Source: Candidatus Omnitrophota bacterium
Lineage (GTDB): Bacteria; Omnitrophota; Gorgyraeia; Tantalellales; Tantalellaceae
Length of the DNA stretch: 64,000 bases
Direction of reading: 5' to 3'
Assembly (NCBI GenBank): GCA_043813915.1
Contig: JBDRKO010000001.1
Location: 64,835 to 128,834 of the forward strand
Of this stretch, positions 38,625-49,102 are shown piece after piece (position 1 is the first letter of the stretch; each line of letters begins with the position of its first letter). Made by a program: the position numbers and the translations under genes. The notes under the pieces were generated by a model, which saw nothing but the letters and a program-made list of their open reading frames with translations, did no database searches and was not told where the DNA came from.

Positions 38625-39549
38625 ATTCCGCGTCCTTCATTATCATGATCTCGGGGTAAAGCTCTACCGAGAACCTATTCTTTACTTCATTCTCTATCTT
38701 TTTCATGAGCTTTTTCACGTCAGAGGCCGTGGCGCTCCCTTCGTTGACGATGAAATTCGCGTGTTTTTCGGAGACCACCGCTCCGCCCGACCTCGAGCCT
38801 TTCATCCCGCTCAGTTCTATAAGTTCTCCGGCGGACCTATTATCGCCTTGAGGGTTCTTGAATATACATCCGAGCGTTCTCTCTAGTAAAGGCTGCTTTT
38901 CCATCTTTTCCGAAAAATACGCTTTCAGTCTCTCATCCGTTTCCTTTCTGGAACATCTCTCAAATTCGAATTCCGCTTTAAGGACAATATCCCCTTTTTC
39001 AAGGCCCGAACATCTATATCCGAATCCCATCTCTTTTTGCTCCAGCCATCTCTCTCCGCGCGTTTCGCTCCACACCAACACTTTTCTGACCATACTGCCG
39101 ATATCTCTTTTATATCCGGCGTTCGTTCTTACGGCACCGCCTACCGTGGCGGGGATACCTACCAGACCTTCAGCCCCACCCAGGCCTTCCGCACGGCACG
39201 CTGCTATCATGTATTCAAGCCTCACCCCCGCTCCCAGGACGAGGTGCTGTCCCCGGGCCGATATTTCAGAGAACACGCCTTCTCTTATGATCACCACGAC
39301 CGCATTGAACTCGTTGTCCGGGAAAAGGACATTACTGCCTCTGCCCAAGATCTCCGATCTTATGTTTCCGCGCCTAAGTATATCCGAAAGCTGTATCAGT
39401 TCTTCGGCGCAGGAAGGCAGGTATACCGCCGCGGCTTTTCCTCCTACTCTCATTGTACTGTAAAGCGACATGGGCCGGCCGAACAGCACTTTGCCGCCGT
39501 ATTTTCTGCTCAGTCTTTCTAATTGTCCGAAAAATGGTCTTTCTGTCAT
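38614..39549 (-). CDS. murB: UDP-N-acetylenolpyruvoylglucosamine reductase
   Basis: FAD-binding MurB domain, 311 aa. Confidence 0.85.
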   Translation of the reverse strand: MTERPFFGQLERLSRKYGGKVLFGRPMSLYSTMRVGGKAAAVYLPSCAEELIQLSDILRRGNIRSEILGRGSNVLFPDNEFNAVVVIIREGVFSEISARGQHLVLGAGVRLEYMIAACRAEGLGGAEGLVGIPATVGGAVRTNAGYKRDIGSMVRKVLVWSETRGERWLEQKEMGFGYRCSGLEKGDIVLKAEFEFERCSRKETDERLKAYFSEKMEKQPLLERTLGCIFKNPQGDNRSAGELIELSGMKGSRSGGAVVSEKHANFIVNEGSATASDVKKLMKKIENEVKNRFSVELYPEIMIMKDAEYEK

Positions 39550-39553
39550 TGTT

Positions 39554-40924
39554 CTACGCCTGCCCTCCGATGCTAGCGACTATTCCCGGACCGATCTCCC
39601 TGATATCCCCGGCACCGAGAATGAGGACCATATCCCCCGGCGAGGTAAGTCCCGGCATCGCTCCGGGAATATCCTCCTTACTCAGCATCTCCAGCACGGA
39701 GAACCTTCCCCTATCCATCCTGTCCAATATATCCTTGACCGATATTTTATTTAAAAGGCCTTCCTCGTCCGCGGAATATATATCCGTTAGTATCACATTG
39801 TCCGCCTCGTTAAAACAGCGGGTGAAATCCTCGGCTAGGTCAGCTGTTCTTGAATAGCGGTGAGGCTGAAAAACAACTGTCACTTTTCCCGGCGCGGCCT
39901 GTTTCGCGGCCCTTATGACAGCCTTGATCTCCGTCGGGTGATGCGCGTAATCTTCTATCACCCGGACACCCTTTACCTTGCCCACTTCTTCGAATCTTCT
40001 CTTTACTCCCTTAAAGGATCCCGCTCCCGAAACAATATCTTCCATACCCGCCCCCGCTTCCAGACAAACAGCCGACGCGTTCAAAAGGTTCATAAGATTA
40101 TGTCTTCCCAAAAGCGGGCAGATCACTCTTCCCATATTGCTTCCTTTCGCGATAAGATCGAACTCGATACTTTTGTCGAAGACCTCTCCGGAGCAGGTAA
40201 TATCGCATCCCTTTTTTATCCCGAACGAGACTTTCCTTACTTTTTCCGCGGCGGGCAGTATGTTCTTAATGGCCTCATCCTCTCCGCTGAAAACGAACGC
40301 CCCTCCTTCTGAAATATTGTTCAAAAACGATCTATACGCGTTCAAGAGGTCGTCCCATCCCTTGTAATTTTCCATATGTTCTCTTTCTATATTCGTAACG
40401 GACGCTATGTGTGACCGTATGTTCCGAAAATATCCGTCACTTTCATCGACCTCCGCAACGACCATATCCCCGGCACCTTTTTTCGCGTTACCTCCGATGG
40501 ATCCTATCTCCCCTCCGAGAATAACGGTAGGGTCCCATCCGGACGTCTCGAGTATATGAGCGATAAGCGCCGTTGTCGTGGTCTTGCCGTGAGTGCCTGT
40601 AACTGTCAGGGCGGACCCTGCTTCTTCCAGCATCCTTCCGAGAAATTCACTTCTCGGCAGGACGGTTATCCCTTTGTCCAAAGCCGCCATCAGCTCGGGG
40701 TTATCCTTTTTTATCGAAGACGAGACTATTACCATCTCAGTCCCTTCCGGGATATGAGAAGAGGCGTGCCCCTCGTACACCTTGGCGCCGCGTTCGCACA
40801 ATTCTTCTATCAGCGGGTTCGACCTTATATCCGAACCCGAGACCTTATCTCCGCCGGCTATACTTATCTTAGCCAGCGCGCTCATACCTATACCGCCTAC
40901 GCCTATAAAATGTATATGTTTCAC
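39554..40924 (-). CDS. murC: UDP-N-acetylmuramate--L-alanine ligase
   Basis: IHFIGVGGIGMSALA, Mur ligase domains. Confidence 0.9.
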   Translation of the reverse strand: MKHIHFIGVGGIGMSALAKISIAGGDKVSGSDIRSNPLIEELCERGAKVYEGHASSHIPEGTEMVIVSSSIKKDNPELMAALDKGITVLPRSEFLGRMLEEAGSALTVTGTHGKTTTTALIAHILETSGWDPTVILGGEIGSIGGNAKKGAGDMVVAEVDESDGYFRNIRSHIASVTNIEREHMENYKGWDDLLNAYRSFLNNISEGGAFVFSGEDEAIKNILPAAEKVRKVSFGIKKGCDITCSGEVFDKSIEFDLIAKGSNMGRVICPLLGRHNLMNLLNASAVCLEAGAGMEDIVSGAGSFKGVKRRFEEVGKVKGVRVIEDYAHHPTEIKAVIRAAKQAAPGKVTVVFQPHRYSRTADLAEDFTRCFNEADNVILTDIYSADEEGLLNKISVKDILDRMDRGRFSVLEMLSKEDIPGAMPGLTSPGDMVLILGAGDIREIGPGIVASIGGQA

Positions 40925-42051
40925 TTATTCCTCATTTTTCTTTTTTCCCGTTTTTTTTCAGCCTCGCCGATGACCGCGTCGGCCAGGTCAGGACCCGCTG
41001 ACGGTCTGGCCAGTCTCGCGGCGGAAAGGGCCATAACGCGCAGCTTTTCCTTGTCCCTCAAAAGTCCCAATATGTCCTCACCGAGGGACTCTCCGGTGAT
41101 ATCGGGCTCTTCTCTGTATACCGCGGCACCGGCCCCGAAAAAAACAGCGGCGTTCGATCTTTGATTGTTCTTCGGATGCGGATACGGGACCAGGATCATG
41201 GGTTTACCGTAATAAGCCAGTTCGAACACCGCGGCGGCCCCCGAACGCGAGATCGCCAGATCGCTCACAGAGTAAGCCCGGTCGATCCTTTCCATAAAAG
41301 AGAAAACTTTTCCCTCGACATCGTTGGAACGATAGAACTCCTTTATCCTGTCATGATCTTTTTTCCCCGTCAAGTGAAGGAACTGCACGCCTTCTCCGGC
41401 CGCGCGTTTAACGCAGAGGGCCGCTTCAGACGCGGCTTTATTCAGGAAGGAAGATCCCTGACTGCCCCCCATAACGAGGACCGTGAACTTACAGGGGTCC
41501 ATCCCCAGCTCCGCGGCGGCGGATCCTCTGTCATTTATGAGCATATCCACCCGCAGGGGGTTGCCCGTACATCGTACGCGTCCCGGTCGTCCTTTGAAAT
41601 ATTCTTTTGACCCTTCGAAACTCACGGCAATAACATCGGCGATACGTCCCAATATCCTGTTTGCCCGGCCGGGAGATAAATTCTGCTCGTGTATTATGAC
41701 GGGTATGCCCAGGACCTTCCCCGCGACAGCGGCCGCCCCGGAAGAATATCCGCCGAAACCTACCACCGCGTCAGGACGTTGCCGAAGAATAATAAAAAAT
41801 GATACCGCTATATCCAACATGAATTTCATCGCGAACACCAGTATACGCAGGGGATAAAACCCCAAAGGCATGGGGTTTATAGAAAGAAAAAAACTGGGGA
41901 ACCCGTATTCTTTCAGTATATTCTTATCCAGATCGCGTCTGCTGGAGACCAGAAGGATATCTTCCACTCCTTTTTTTCTTAGTTCCGAGGCCAGGACCAC
42001 CGCCGGGAAGATATGTCCGCCTGAACCTCCCGCCGCGATAATGATCTTCAT
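40921..42051 (-). CDS. murG: undecaprenyl-PP-MurNAc-pentapeptide GlcNAc transferase
   Basis: MKIIIAAGGSGGHIFPA, GT28 family. Confidence 0.9.
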   Translation of the reverse strand: MKIIIAAGGSGGHIFPAVVLASELRKKGVEDILLVSSRRDLDKNILKEYGFPSFFLSINPMPLGFYPLRILVFAMKFMLDIAVSFFIILRQRPDAVVGFGGYSSGAAAVAGKVLGIPVIIHEQNLSPGRANRILGRIADVIAVSFEGSKEYFKGRPGRVRCTGNPLRVDMLINDRGSAAAELGMDPCKFTVLVMGGSQGSSFLNKAASEAALCVKRAAGEGVQFLHLTGKKDHDRIKEFYRSNDVEGKVFSFMERIDRAYSVSDLAISRSGAAAVFELAYYGKPMILVPYPHPKNNQRSNAAVFFGAGAAVYREEPDITGESLGEDILGLLRDKEKLRVMALSAARLARPSAGPDLADAVIGEAEKKREKRKMRNK

Positions 42052-42605
42052 TAATATATCCTTGTGTATAAAAGTCTAAAGGTCTAAAGGTCTTTTAAGT
42101 AAATTGCCAGAAACCTGTTACCAGTTGCCAGACCAAAACAGTTTAAAAGTCTAAATGTCGAAAGTCCCAATAGACCATTGACTGTTGACCATGGACTATT
42201 GACCATTATGCGAATCCATCAATACTGACCTATTTGTCGCTAAAGACAATGGTCAATCGTCAATTGTCCATAGTCCAATATCGTCTCCGTCCTCTGACTT
42301 CTGTCTTCTGACTTCTAGCTCTCCGGAATACCCGCTCTTCTCAGTCCGCTTTAGCGGACTGGATGTCCAGTATCTTCCGAGCTCTTCCCCTCCATCCAAC
42401 GTATAGTCCTGGTCACGACAATAACTTCGTTACCTGATCGGGTGGGTATTCTAGGCGAGTTCCGCAACCCCGCTGCTTTGTTTTGCAAAGCAAAACAACG
42501 GGGTGAGGACTGTCTGAGCCCAGAATACCCGCCGATCGGGTAACCATTTTCACATCAGTCAATACAACCCGACAAACTCTACAAACGCAACAAACCCCAC
42601 AAACC
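42052..42605. repeat. 550-bp repeat-dense spacer between ftsW and murG with extended hairpin (about 42432-42542)
   Basis: GTCTAAAGGTCTAAAGGTC, TTGACCAT/TATTGACCAT repeats, TCTGACTTCTGTCTTCTGACTTC module, CAGTCCGCTTTAGCGGACTG hairpin, long imperfect inverted repeat GATCGGGTGGGTATTCTAGG...CCCAGAATACCCGCCGATCGGG around the internal hairpin CCCCGCTGCTTTGTTTTGCAAAGCAAAACAACGGGG, inverted copy of the TTTGTAGAGTTTGTCGGGTTGTATTGACTGATG module. Confidence 0.55.
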
Positions 42606-43691
42606 CTACTCCGCTTCCCGCGCCATGTTCAATATGAGCCCCACCGCGGCCATATGACATACAAGCGAACTTCCGCCGTAACTGATAAAAGGAAGCGGCA
42701 GACCTTTTGTCGGCAATATCCCGGACGATACCCCGATATTCACTATCACCTCGAACGCTATCATTGTCGCAAGCCCGAATACGGCGGATGACGCGAATCT
42801 TTCTTTTATCTTGAAAGATATCCTGAACGCGTACCACACCAGCACGGCAAAAAGAAATATCGTCGCGGCCGCTCCCATGAACCCCAGTTCTTCCCCGATT
42901 ATGGAAAAAATAAAATCCGTATGCGATTCGGGAAGGTAGAAAAGTTTTTGTTTAGACTCCCCCAACCCCACTCCGAGCAATCCTCCCGACCCCAAAGCTA
43001 TGAAAGACTGTATGAGCTGAAAACCCGCCCCTTGAGCATCTTTCCACGGGTTCACAACGGTCAGAATACGGCTTATCCTGTACGGTTTGCTCTTGACGGC
43101 CCATATCAGAGCCGGTATCATACCCAGGACTATTGGCAAAAGATGCCCGACCTTTATTCCCGCGGAGAACAGCATGACCGTTCCGATGAACAATATCGCG
43201 ACAAATGTCCCCATATCCGGCTCTAAAAGGACAAGACCTCCGATGAACCCCACGGCAAAAAAAGACGGGATGAACCCCTTGTAAACATCCTGTATAAGAT
43301 TTCCTTTACGGGCGATAAGATCTGACAGATACAGGACCATCACTATCTTGGCGACTTCCGACGGCTGGAACCCAAAACCAAATAACCGTATCCATCTGCG
43401 CGCTCCCCCGGCCATCGTTCCTACACCCGGGACCATCACTAATACCAGAAGCAGTATGACCGCTAGCATCGCGGGTCGAGCATATTCTCTTATAGCCCCG
43501 GGTTTTACGGACATAAGGAGCACCGCGACCCCCAGGCCTGAAAGAAGAAAGAACAAATGTCTTTTTACGAAGAATAAGCTGTCATGGTAACGCCCGTACG
43601 CATATATCCCGCTGGATGAATATATCATGACTATACCAAGCATCAAGAGCATCGAGGCCGAGAACAATATCATCTTGGAATCTTTTATCAT
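42606..43691 (-). CDS. ftsW: cell division peptidoglycan glycosyltransferase FtsW
   Basis: SEDS family, ATGA overlap with murD. Confidence 0.85.
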   Translation of the reverse strand: MIKDSKMILFSASMLLMLGIVMIYSSSGIYAYGRYHDSLFFVKRHLFFLLSGLGVAVLLMSVKPGAIREYARPAMLAVILLLVLVMVPGVGTMAGGARRWIRLFGFGFQPSEVAKIVMVLYLSDLIARKGNLIQDVYKGFIPSFFAVGFIGGLVLLEPDMGTFVAILFIGTVMLFSAGIKVGHLLPIVLGMIPALIWAVKSKPYRISRILTVVNPWKDAQGAGFQLIQSFIALGSGGLLGVGLGESKQKLFYLPESHTDFIFSIIGEELGFMGAAATIFLFAVLVWYAFRISFKIKERFASSAVFGLATMIAFEVIVNIGVSSGILPTKGLPLPFISYGGSSLVCHMAAVGLILNMAREAE

Positions 43692-45052
43692 GCGGACATG
43701 TCCTTACCTGCCTGTTTTTTTACCTCTCGCTGGAACACATCGCCCCGTTCCCTATACCCGGAAAACATATCAAAACTGGAACACATAGGTGAAAGCATAA
43801 TAATATCTCCCCTTGACGCTCTTTCCGCGGACACTCTTACCGCATCCGCCATATTCGCCGAACATATAACGGGGACCACACCGCCGAACGCCTCCTTAAT
43901 AAGTGTCTGCGCCTCTCCTATGACTATAACAGCCTTGACCTTCTCTTTTATCAGAGATGTAAGGGACCTGTAATCCCCTCCCTTATCCCGTCCCCCGGCT
44001 ATAAGTATTATTTTACCGTCAGTCGATTCTACCGCACGTCTCGTAGCGTCTATGTTGGTGGCCTTGGAATCGTCTATAAAACAGATCCCCTCATATACAC
44101 CCACCTTTTCCGTCCTATGTTTCAGCGGCCGGAAAGACGCGGCAGCGGAGACCAGCACCTCCGCGCTAATGCCCAGGATCCACCCTACTATAGCGGCGCA
44201 CGCCACATTTTCCATATTGTGTATCCCTGACAAAGACAGGTCTTTTTCTTTTATGGAAAAACAGTTCGCGCCGCTTTCATCGTTTATGCTTACTTCTTTC
44301 TGCGACACCTCCGCGCGATGCTTCCCTTTCCCGAAATAAACTATTCCGCTCTTGATCCTTCCTATCTCCTCATCGCCCTTGAAAGAAGCATTTATCACCG
44401 CCCAGTCATCGCCGTTTTGATTGGCGAATATTTTGAATTTTTCGGATCTATAGTCCTCGTATCCGCGGTGTCTGTCATAATGGTCCTCTGTTATATTGAG
44501 CAGGACCGCTATATGAGGCCTGAACGAGTCGATCGTTCCCAGCTGGAATGAACTCACTTCAACCACCGCGATATCCCGGGGAGAGAGCCCAGCCACTTCG
44601 CCTATCAAAGGATTACCTATATTCCCGCATACAACTGCCTTTCTACCGGACGCGTTGATCATATGCCCGATAAGTTCGGTAACGGTACTTTTTCCGTTGG
44701 TCCCTGTCACGGCGACAACAGTAGACACGCAGTACATATACCCGAGCTCCAATGTCCCTATGGCCGGCATGCCGACCGGGAGCACCCCCGCGTCATACAG
44801 CTCTTTCGTATGTACTCCGGGACTTATCACCGCAACGTCCGCTTTAGAACAGAACTCGCCGGTATGCCCTCGGGTTTCATATTCGAACTGACCATACCGT
44901 CCGAGCTCTTTTATCCTTCCTCCGATATCTTCTTCTCCGGCTTTTTCACTTACCTTAACGGAAAATCCTTTTTTCAGGAGGAATAACGCCGCCGCATAGC
45001 CGCTCACACCCAGCCCTAATATAAGTATTTTTTTATTTTTGAGATCTATCAT
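43688..45052 (-). CDS. murD: UDP-N-acetylmuramoylalanine--D-glutamate ligase
   Basis: MIDLKNKKILILGLGVSGYAAA start; upstream in-frame extension passes through a repeat and is rejected. Confidence 0.85.
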   Translation of the reverse strand: MIDLKNKKILILGLGVSGYAAALFLLKKGFSVKVSEKAGEEDIGGRIKELGRYGQFEYETRGHTGEFCSKADVAVISPGVHTKELYDAGVLPVGMPAIGTLELGYMYCVSTVVAVTGTNGKSTVTELIGHMINASGRKAVVCGNIGNPLIGEVAGLSPRDIAVVEVSSFQLGTIDSFRPHIAVLLNITEDHYDRHRGYEDYRSEKFKIFANQNGDDWAVINASFKGDEEIGRIKSGIVYFGKGKHRAEVSQKEVSINDESGANCFSIKEKDLSLSGIHNMENVACAAIVGWILGISAEVLVSAAASFRPLKHRTEKVGVYEGICFIDDSKATNIDATRRAVESTDGKIILIAGGRDKGGDYRSLTSLIKEKVKAVIVIGEAQTLIKEAFGGVVPVICSANMADAVRVSAERASRGDIIMLSPMCSSFDMFSGYRERGDVFQREVKKQAGKDMSA

Positions 45053-45163
45053 AATAGTGAACGGTGACTCGTAATTTGTAATTCGTGATTCGTGACTCGT
45101 GATTCGTAAGCAGTGAACAGTGAATCGTAGGGGCACGGCATGCCGTGCCCCTACCATCATCCG
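45053..45163. repeat. short intergenic repeat: (CGTGAYTCGTRA)n module plus perfect palindrome AGGGGCACGGCATGCCGTGCCCCT
   Basis: Directly downstream of the mraY stop; same CGTGATTCGTGA module as 20607-20640. Confidence 0.5.
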
Positions 45164-46252
45164 TCATCTCACCTTCAGCGTCATCAGGCTCGCCAGAGCC
45201 AAGATGGAGGCTATTATCCAGAAGCGTACCGTTATTTTCGACTCATGCATCCCTTTTATCTGAAAATGGTGATGCAGCGGTGACATCAGAAAAAGTCTTT
45301 TTCCGCGGATCTTGAAGGACAGGACCTGCAGTATGACCGAGCCCGCTTCCGCCACAAGAACACCCCCCGTTATAAGGAGCAATATCTCTTTCTTTATCAG
45401 TATGCTCACTATAGCAATAGCTCCCCCGAGCGCCAGCGATCCCGTATCCCCCATGAAAACCGTAGCGGGATGGCTGTTAAACCACAAAAACCCCAAGCTC
45501 GCTCCGGCCAACGCCGCGCAGAAAATGGTCAGTTCTCCCGCGCCCGGCAGATAGAATATCTGCAGGTACCGGCTTATCTCGGCGTGTCCCGTAAGATAGC
45601 TCACTGCCGCGAAGGTCAGCGCAACAAATACCATGCATCCGGTAGCCAAGCCGTCCAATCCGTCAGTCAGATTAAGCGCGTTGGAGGTTCCGGCTATGAC
45701 CAAAAACGAGAACAGCACATAGAAGATGCCCAGGTTACATACCGCATTCTTCATGAAAGGCAGATACAGGTCCCCTCCCAGCCCTTTCCCCTTAAAGACA
45801 AAAAGCCCCACTATCACCGCAAGGAACAACTGCCCCAGGATCTTGTTCAGCGCCCTTATTCCTTTTGCGCTCTTGTTCTTTATTTTAAGAAGGTCATCTA
45901 TGAACCCGATGGTCCCTAACCAGACCATACCCGCAAGTGAGAGAATTACATAATCGTTGTTAAGCCGTCCCCACATAACGGTTGACGCCACAACGGCCAT
46001 TATCAGCAGCAGGCCTCCCATAGTAGGGGTCCCTTCCTTATGCTTATGAAGGTCATACAGGCCCTCCACATGTTCTTTTCTTACGTACTGACCCGCTTTC
46101 ATTTTCTGCAGTACGCGTATCACCGCGGGAGCCATTATCACGCATATGATAAAGGACGTTACCGCGGCCATGCTCGCGCGGAACGTGATATACCGGAAAA
46201 CATTAAATCCGAACCATAGGTCTCTCAGCGGATAGAATATGTCATAAAACAT
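45164..46252 (-). CDS. mraY: phospho-N-acetylmuramoyl-pentapeptide transferase
   Basis: FNVFRYITFR N-terminus, 10 TM helices. Confidence 0.9.
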   Translation of the reverse strand: MFYDIFYPLRDLWFGFNVFRYITFRASMAAVTSFIICVIMAPAVIRVLQKMKAGQYVRKEHVEGLYDLHKHKEGTPTMGGLLLIMAVVASTVMWGRLNNDYVILSLAGMVWLGTIGFIDDLLKIKNKSAKGIRALNKILGQLFLAVIVGLFVFKGKGLGGDLYLPFMKNAVCNLGIFYVLFSFLVIAGTSNALNLTDGLDGLATGCMVFVALTFAAVSYLTGHAEISRYLQIFYLPGAGELTIFCAALAGASLGFLWFNSHPATVFMGDTGSLALGGAIAIVSILIKKEILLLITGGVLVAEAGSVILQVLSFKIRGKRLFLMSPLHHHFQIKGMHESKITVRFWIIASILALASLMTLKVR

Positions 46253-47601
46253 TTCAGTATGTCCTCCATCTTTGCCGCGCGCGACCCTTTCAGAAGCACA
46301 CAGGATCCTTCCGAGATCCTGTTCTTTATTATCTCTGCCGCATGGCCGTGATCCTTGGCCACGGTCACTCTGCCTTTATCCATACCCGCCGCTAAAGCGC
46401 CTTCGGCCGTAACATCCGACCATGTGCCGACCGCCACAAGCATATCCGCCCCGCTCTCGGCTATGCGTCTTCCCAATTCCCGGTGAACGGCTTCACTCTC
46501 CTCTCCCATTTCCATCATATCTCCGGCGACGACCACCCTGCCGCCCTTGCAGGCGTTTTCAGAAAGAACGTCCAGCGCGCACTTAAAAGAATCCGGATTG
46601 GCATTGTAAGAATCGTTTATGAAATCTATTCCTCCGGCCGTTACTCTCTCGAGCCGCATAGGCGGAAGCGCGACCGTCCGGACCCTCTCTTCTATGGACG
46701 GGCTCTCACCGACAAAATCCAGAGCAACGGCAATTGCCGCGGATACGTTATATACGTTATGGAGCCCGTCTTGCGGAAAAAAATAACTCTTTCCCTGTAA
46801 ACGGAACCGATACCCGCCGTCCCGGCGGGAAACATCCTCTATCCTCATATCGTTCCATCCGGACATCCCGAAAGATATCACGTCATCACGGCTATCCCCA
46901 AAATCCCGGAGAAGCGGATCGTCCCCGTTGACAAAGATCTTGCCGCCTTGGCGCAGGTATTTTGTCAAAGCTGTCTTCTCTTTCAGCACGCCTTCCTTGC
47001 TGCTAAAAAATTCCATATGCGCTCTGCCGATATTCGTTATGACTATTACGTCCGGACGGGCAATGCGCCCCAATACCGCCATCTCGCCGGGATGATTCGT
47101 CCCCAGTTCCAGCACTGCGGTCTCATGATACGGTTCCGCGTCGAACAATGTCAGGCTCAGCCCTATGATATTATTGAAAGACCTTTTACTGGCAAGCACC
47201 TTATCTTTTCCGGAAAGAAGCCACGACAGCATATCTTTTACCGTGGTCTTTCCGTTGGAGCCCGTCACGGCGATGACCTTGCCGTTCATCCTTTTCCTGA
47301 TCTCACCGGCTATGTCCGCAGCGGCAGGCGTAACCTCACCGACCTCCAGAACGGCCCCGCACATATCCATGATATCCCGCGGCATTTTGCGGGATACGAT
47401 GATGCCGGACGCTCCCCTATCCAACGCCTCTTTCACGAAATCATGCCCATCGAAATTCTTCCCTCTTACGGCCGCGAACATATCTCCATTTCTCACCGTC
47501 CGAGAATCGATAGATATACCTTTAACGCTTTGCTCCCCCGCTCCCCGGAGTATCCTGCCGCCCGCCGCGTCCGCCAGATCCTTCAATCTTAGGTCTATCA
47601 C
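46225..47601 (-). CDS. murF: UDP-MurNAc-tripeptide--D-alanyl-D-alanine ligase
   Basis: Mur ligase family, VIAVTGSNGKTT. Confidence 0.85.
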   Translation of the reverse strand: MIDLRLKDLADAAGGRILRGAGEQSVKGISIDSRTVRNGDMFAAVRGKNFDGHDFVKEALDRGASGIIVSRKMPRDIMDMCGAVLEVGEVTPAAADIAGEIRKRMNGKVIAVTGSNGKTTVKDMLSWLLSGKDKVLASKRSFNNIIGLSLTLFDAEPYHETAVLELGTNHPGEMAVLGRIARPDVIVITNIGRAHMEFFSSKEGVLKEKTALTKYLRQGGKIFVNGDDPLLRDFGDSRDDVISFGMSGWNDMRIEDVSRRDGGYRFRLQGKSYFFPQDGLHNVYNVSAAIAVALDFVGESPSIEERVRTVALPPMRLERVTAGGIDFINDSYNANPDSFKCALDVLSENACKGGRVVVAGDMMEMGEESEAVHRELGRRIAESGADMLVAVGTWSDVTAEGALAAGMDKGRVTVAKDHGHAAEIIKNRISEGSCVLLKGSRAAKMEDILKCFMTYSIR

Positions 47602-47633
47602 TTCCTGCGCCCCTATTCTTCCGAAGTTTCCTT

Positions 47634-49097
47634 CTACACCTTGACCGCGAAACCCATATTTTTCAATATACCTTTTACTATCTCAGCATCATCGAAAGGA
47701 AAACGCCTGTTCCCTATGATCTGGTAATTCTCGTGTCCTTTGCCCGCAACAATAACTATATCCCCTCTGCCCGCTTTCTCCAAGACCTTTTTAACGGCGT
47801 TCCCGCGGTCCTCTTCCACGGTATATACGCAGCCATCCGACATGCCGTCTGTTATCTGCCCTATGATATCAGAGGTCTTTTCGGTCCGGGAATTATCACT
47901 GGTCACTACCGCCTCATCTGCCATTGATGAAACGACCTTTCCCATAAGCGGCCTTTTTTGTTTATCCCTGTCTCCACCGCATCCGAACATACATATAAGT
48001 TTACCGGTAACGATATTTCTAAGCGCACCTAATACCTGCTCAAGAGCGACGGGGGTATGCGCGTAATCCACAAAGACCCTGAAGGGCGCGTCCGAAGATA
48101 TTTCCTGAAGCCTGCCGGGAACACCTTTAAAACTTTCCGCTCCCTTTTTGAACTCATCCAGGCTGATCCCGCTTTCAACGAGACATGCCGCGGCGCCCAT
48201 CACATTATATACATTATGCGCACCGAGCATGCTTATTTTCATAGGAACGCTGCCGTGTTTTCCGGCATTCAATATGAACCGCGTTCCCGTTTCGCTGTAT
48301 TCTATCGCTTCGGCCCTTATCTCGGCATCTTCTCCGATACCGAACGTAATACATCGGAAAAGATCTCTGCACCGGGCCGCTTTTTTTACGGCAACATCAT
48401 CCGCATTTATCACGCCTAACCCGCCGATCTTCAAATGGTCGAAGATCTTGGCCTTTTCCTCAAGATAGGGCCCCATACTGCCGTGATAATCCAGATGCTC
48501 GGGGGTGATGTTCGTAAATACGGCAATATCCAGTTTTATTTCCGCTGTCCTTTTCTGGCTCAACGCGTGACTGGATATCTCGATGACCGCGTGTGTCTTA
48601 CCCGAGCGCAGCATCGCCTCTAATTCTCTGTTGACCGATATCACATCGGGCGTTGTCATTTCGGATGGTTTCAGGGAATTGCCCCGGCTCTTGACCGCTA
48701 CGGTGCTCATGAACCCGCTGGCCCTGCCGGTCATATTAAGGATACTATCTATCAGATATACCGTTGTAGTCTTGCCGTTGGTCCCCGTTATCCCGTAGGT
48801 AACAAGATCCTTCGACGGGTCCCGGAACGCGATCCTGGCCAATTCACCGAGGGTCTCGCGGCTGTCCCTGACTACCTCTATCCTTTCATCTTGTCCGTCA
48901 TATATCGCGGCCCTCGACCGTTCGCATACAACGCACGCGGCTCCTCTGTCCAGAGCTTCGGATATGAACCTGTTGCCGTCAAGATGACAGCCTTTTATCG
49001 CGACAAAAACATCACCGGGCGAGACCAGACGCGAGTCTGTTCTTATCTCCCCCGCTGCGTCGTTCATTTTTTTTATGATCTTATCGGTCTCCGTCAT
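47634..49097 (-). CDS. murE: UDP-MurNAc-L-Ala-D-Glu--diamino-acid ligase
   Basis: Mur ligase, ITGTNGKTTT; start at MTETDKII five nt after ftsI stop, long upstream extension rejected. Confidence 0.85.
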   Translation of the reverse strand: MTETDKIIKKMNDAAGEIRTDSRLVSPGDVFVAIKGCHLDGNRFISEALDRGAACVVCERSRAAIYDGQDERIEVVRDSRETLGELARIAFRDPSKDLVTYGITGTNGKTTTVYLIDSILNMTGRASGFMSTVAVKSRGNSLKPSEMTTPDVISVNRELEAMLRSGKTHAVIEISSHALSQKRTAEIKLDIAVFTNITPEHLDYHGSMGPYLEEKAKIFDHLKIGGLGVINADDVAVKKAARCRDLFRCITFGIGEDAEIRAEAIEYSETGTRFILNAGKHGSVPMKISMLGAHNVYNVMGAAACLVESGISLDEFKKGAESFKGVPGRLQEISSDAPFRVFVDYAHTPVALEQVLGALRNIVTGKLICMFGCGGDRDKQKRPLMGKVVSSMADEAVVTSDNSRTEKTSDIIGQITDGMSDGCVYTVEEDRGNAVKKVLEKAGRGDIVIVAGKGHENYQIIGNRRFPFDDAEIVKGILKNMGFAVKV

Positions 49098-49102
49098 ATC
49101 GC

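Noticed and set aside
42400-42545. tRNA or other known structured RNA in the ftsW-murG spacer hairpin
   Set aside because: There is no cloverleaf (no D/T-loop consensus or acceptor stem), and no resemblance to RNase P, tmRNA, SRP or 6S conserved cores. It is reported only as an unexplained hairpin.
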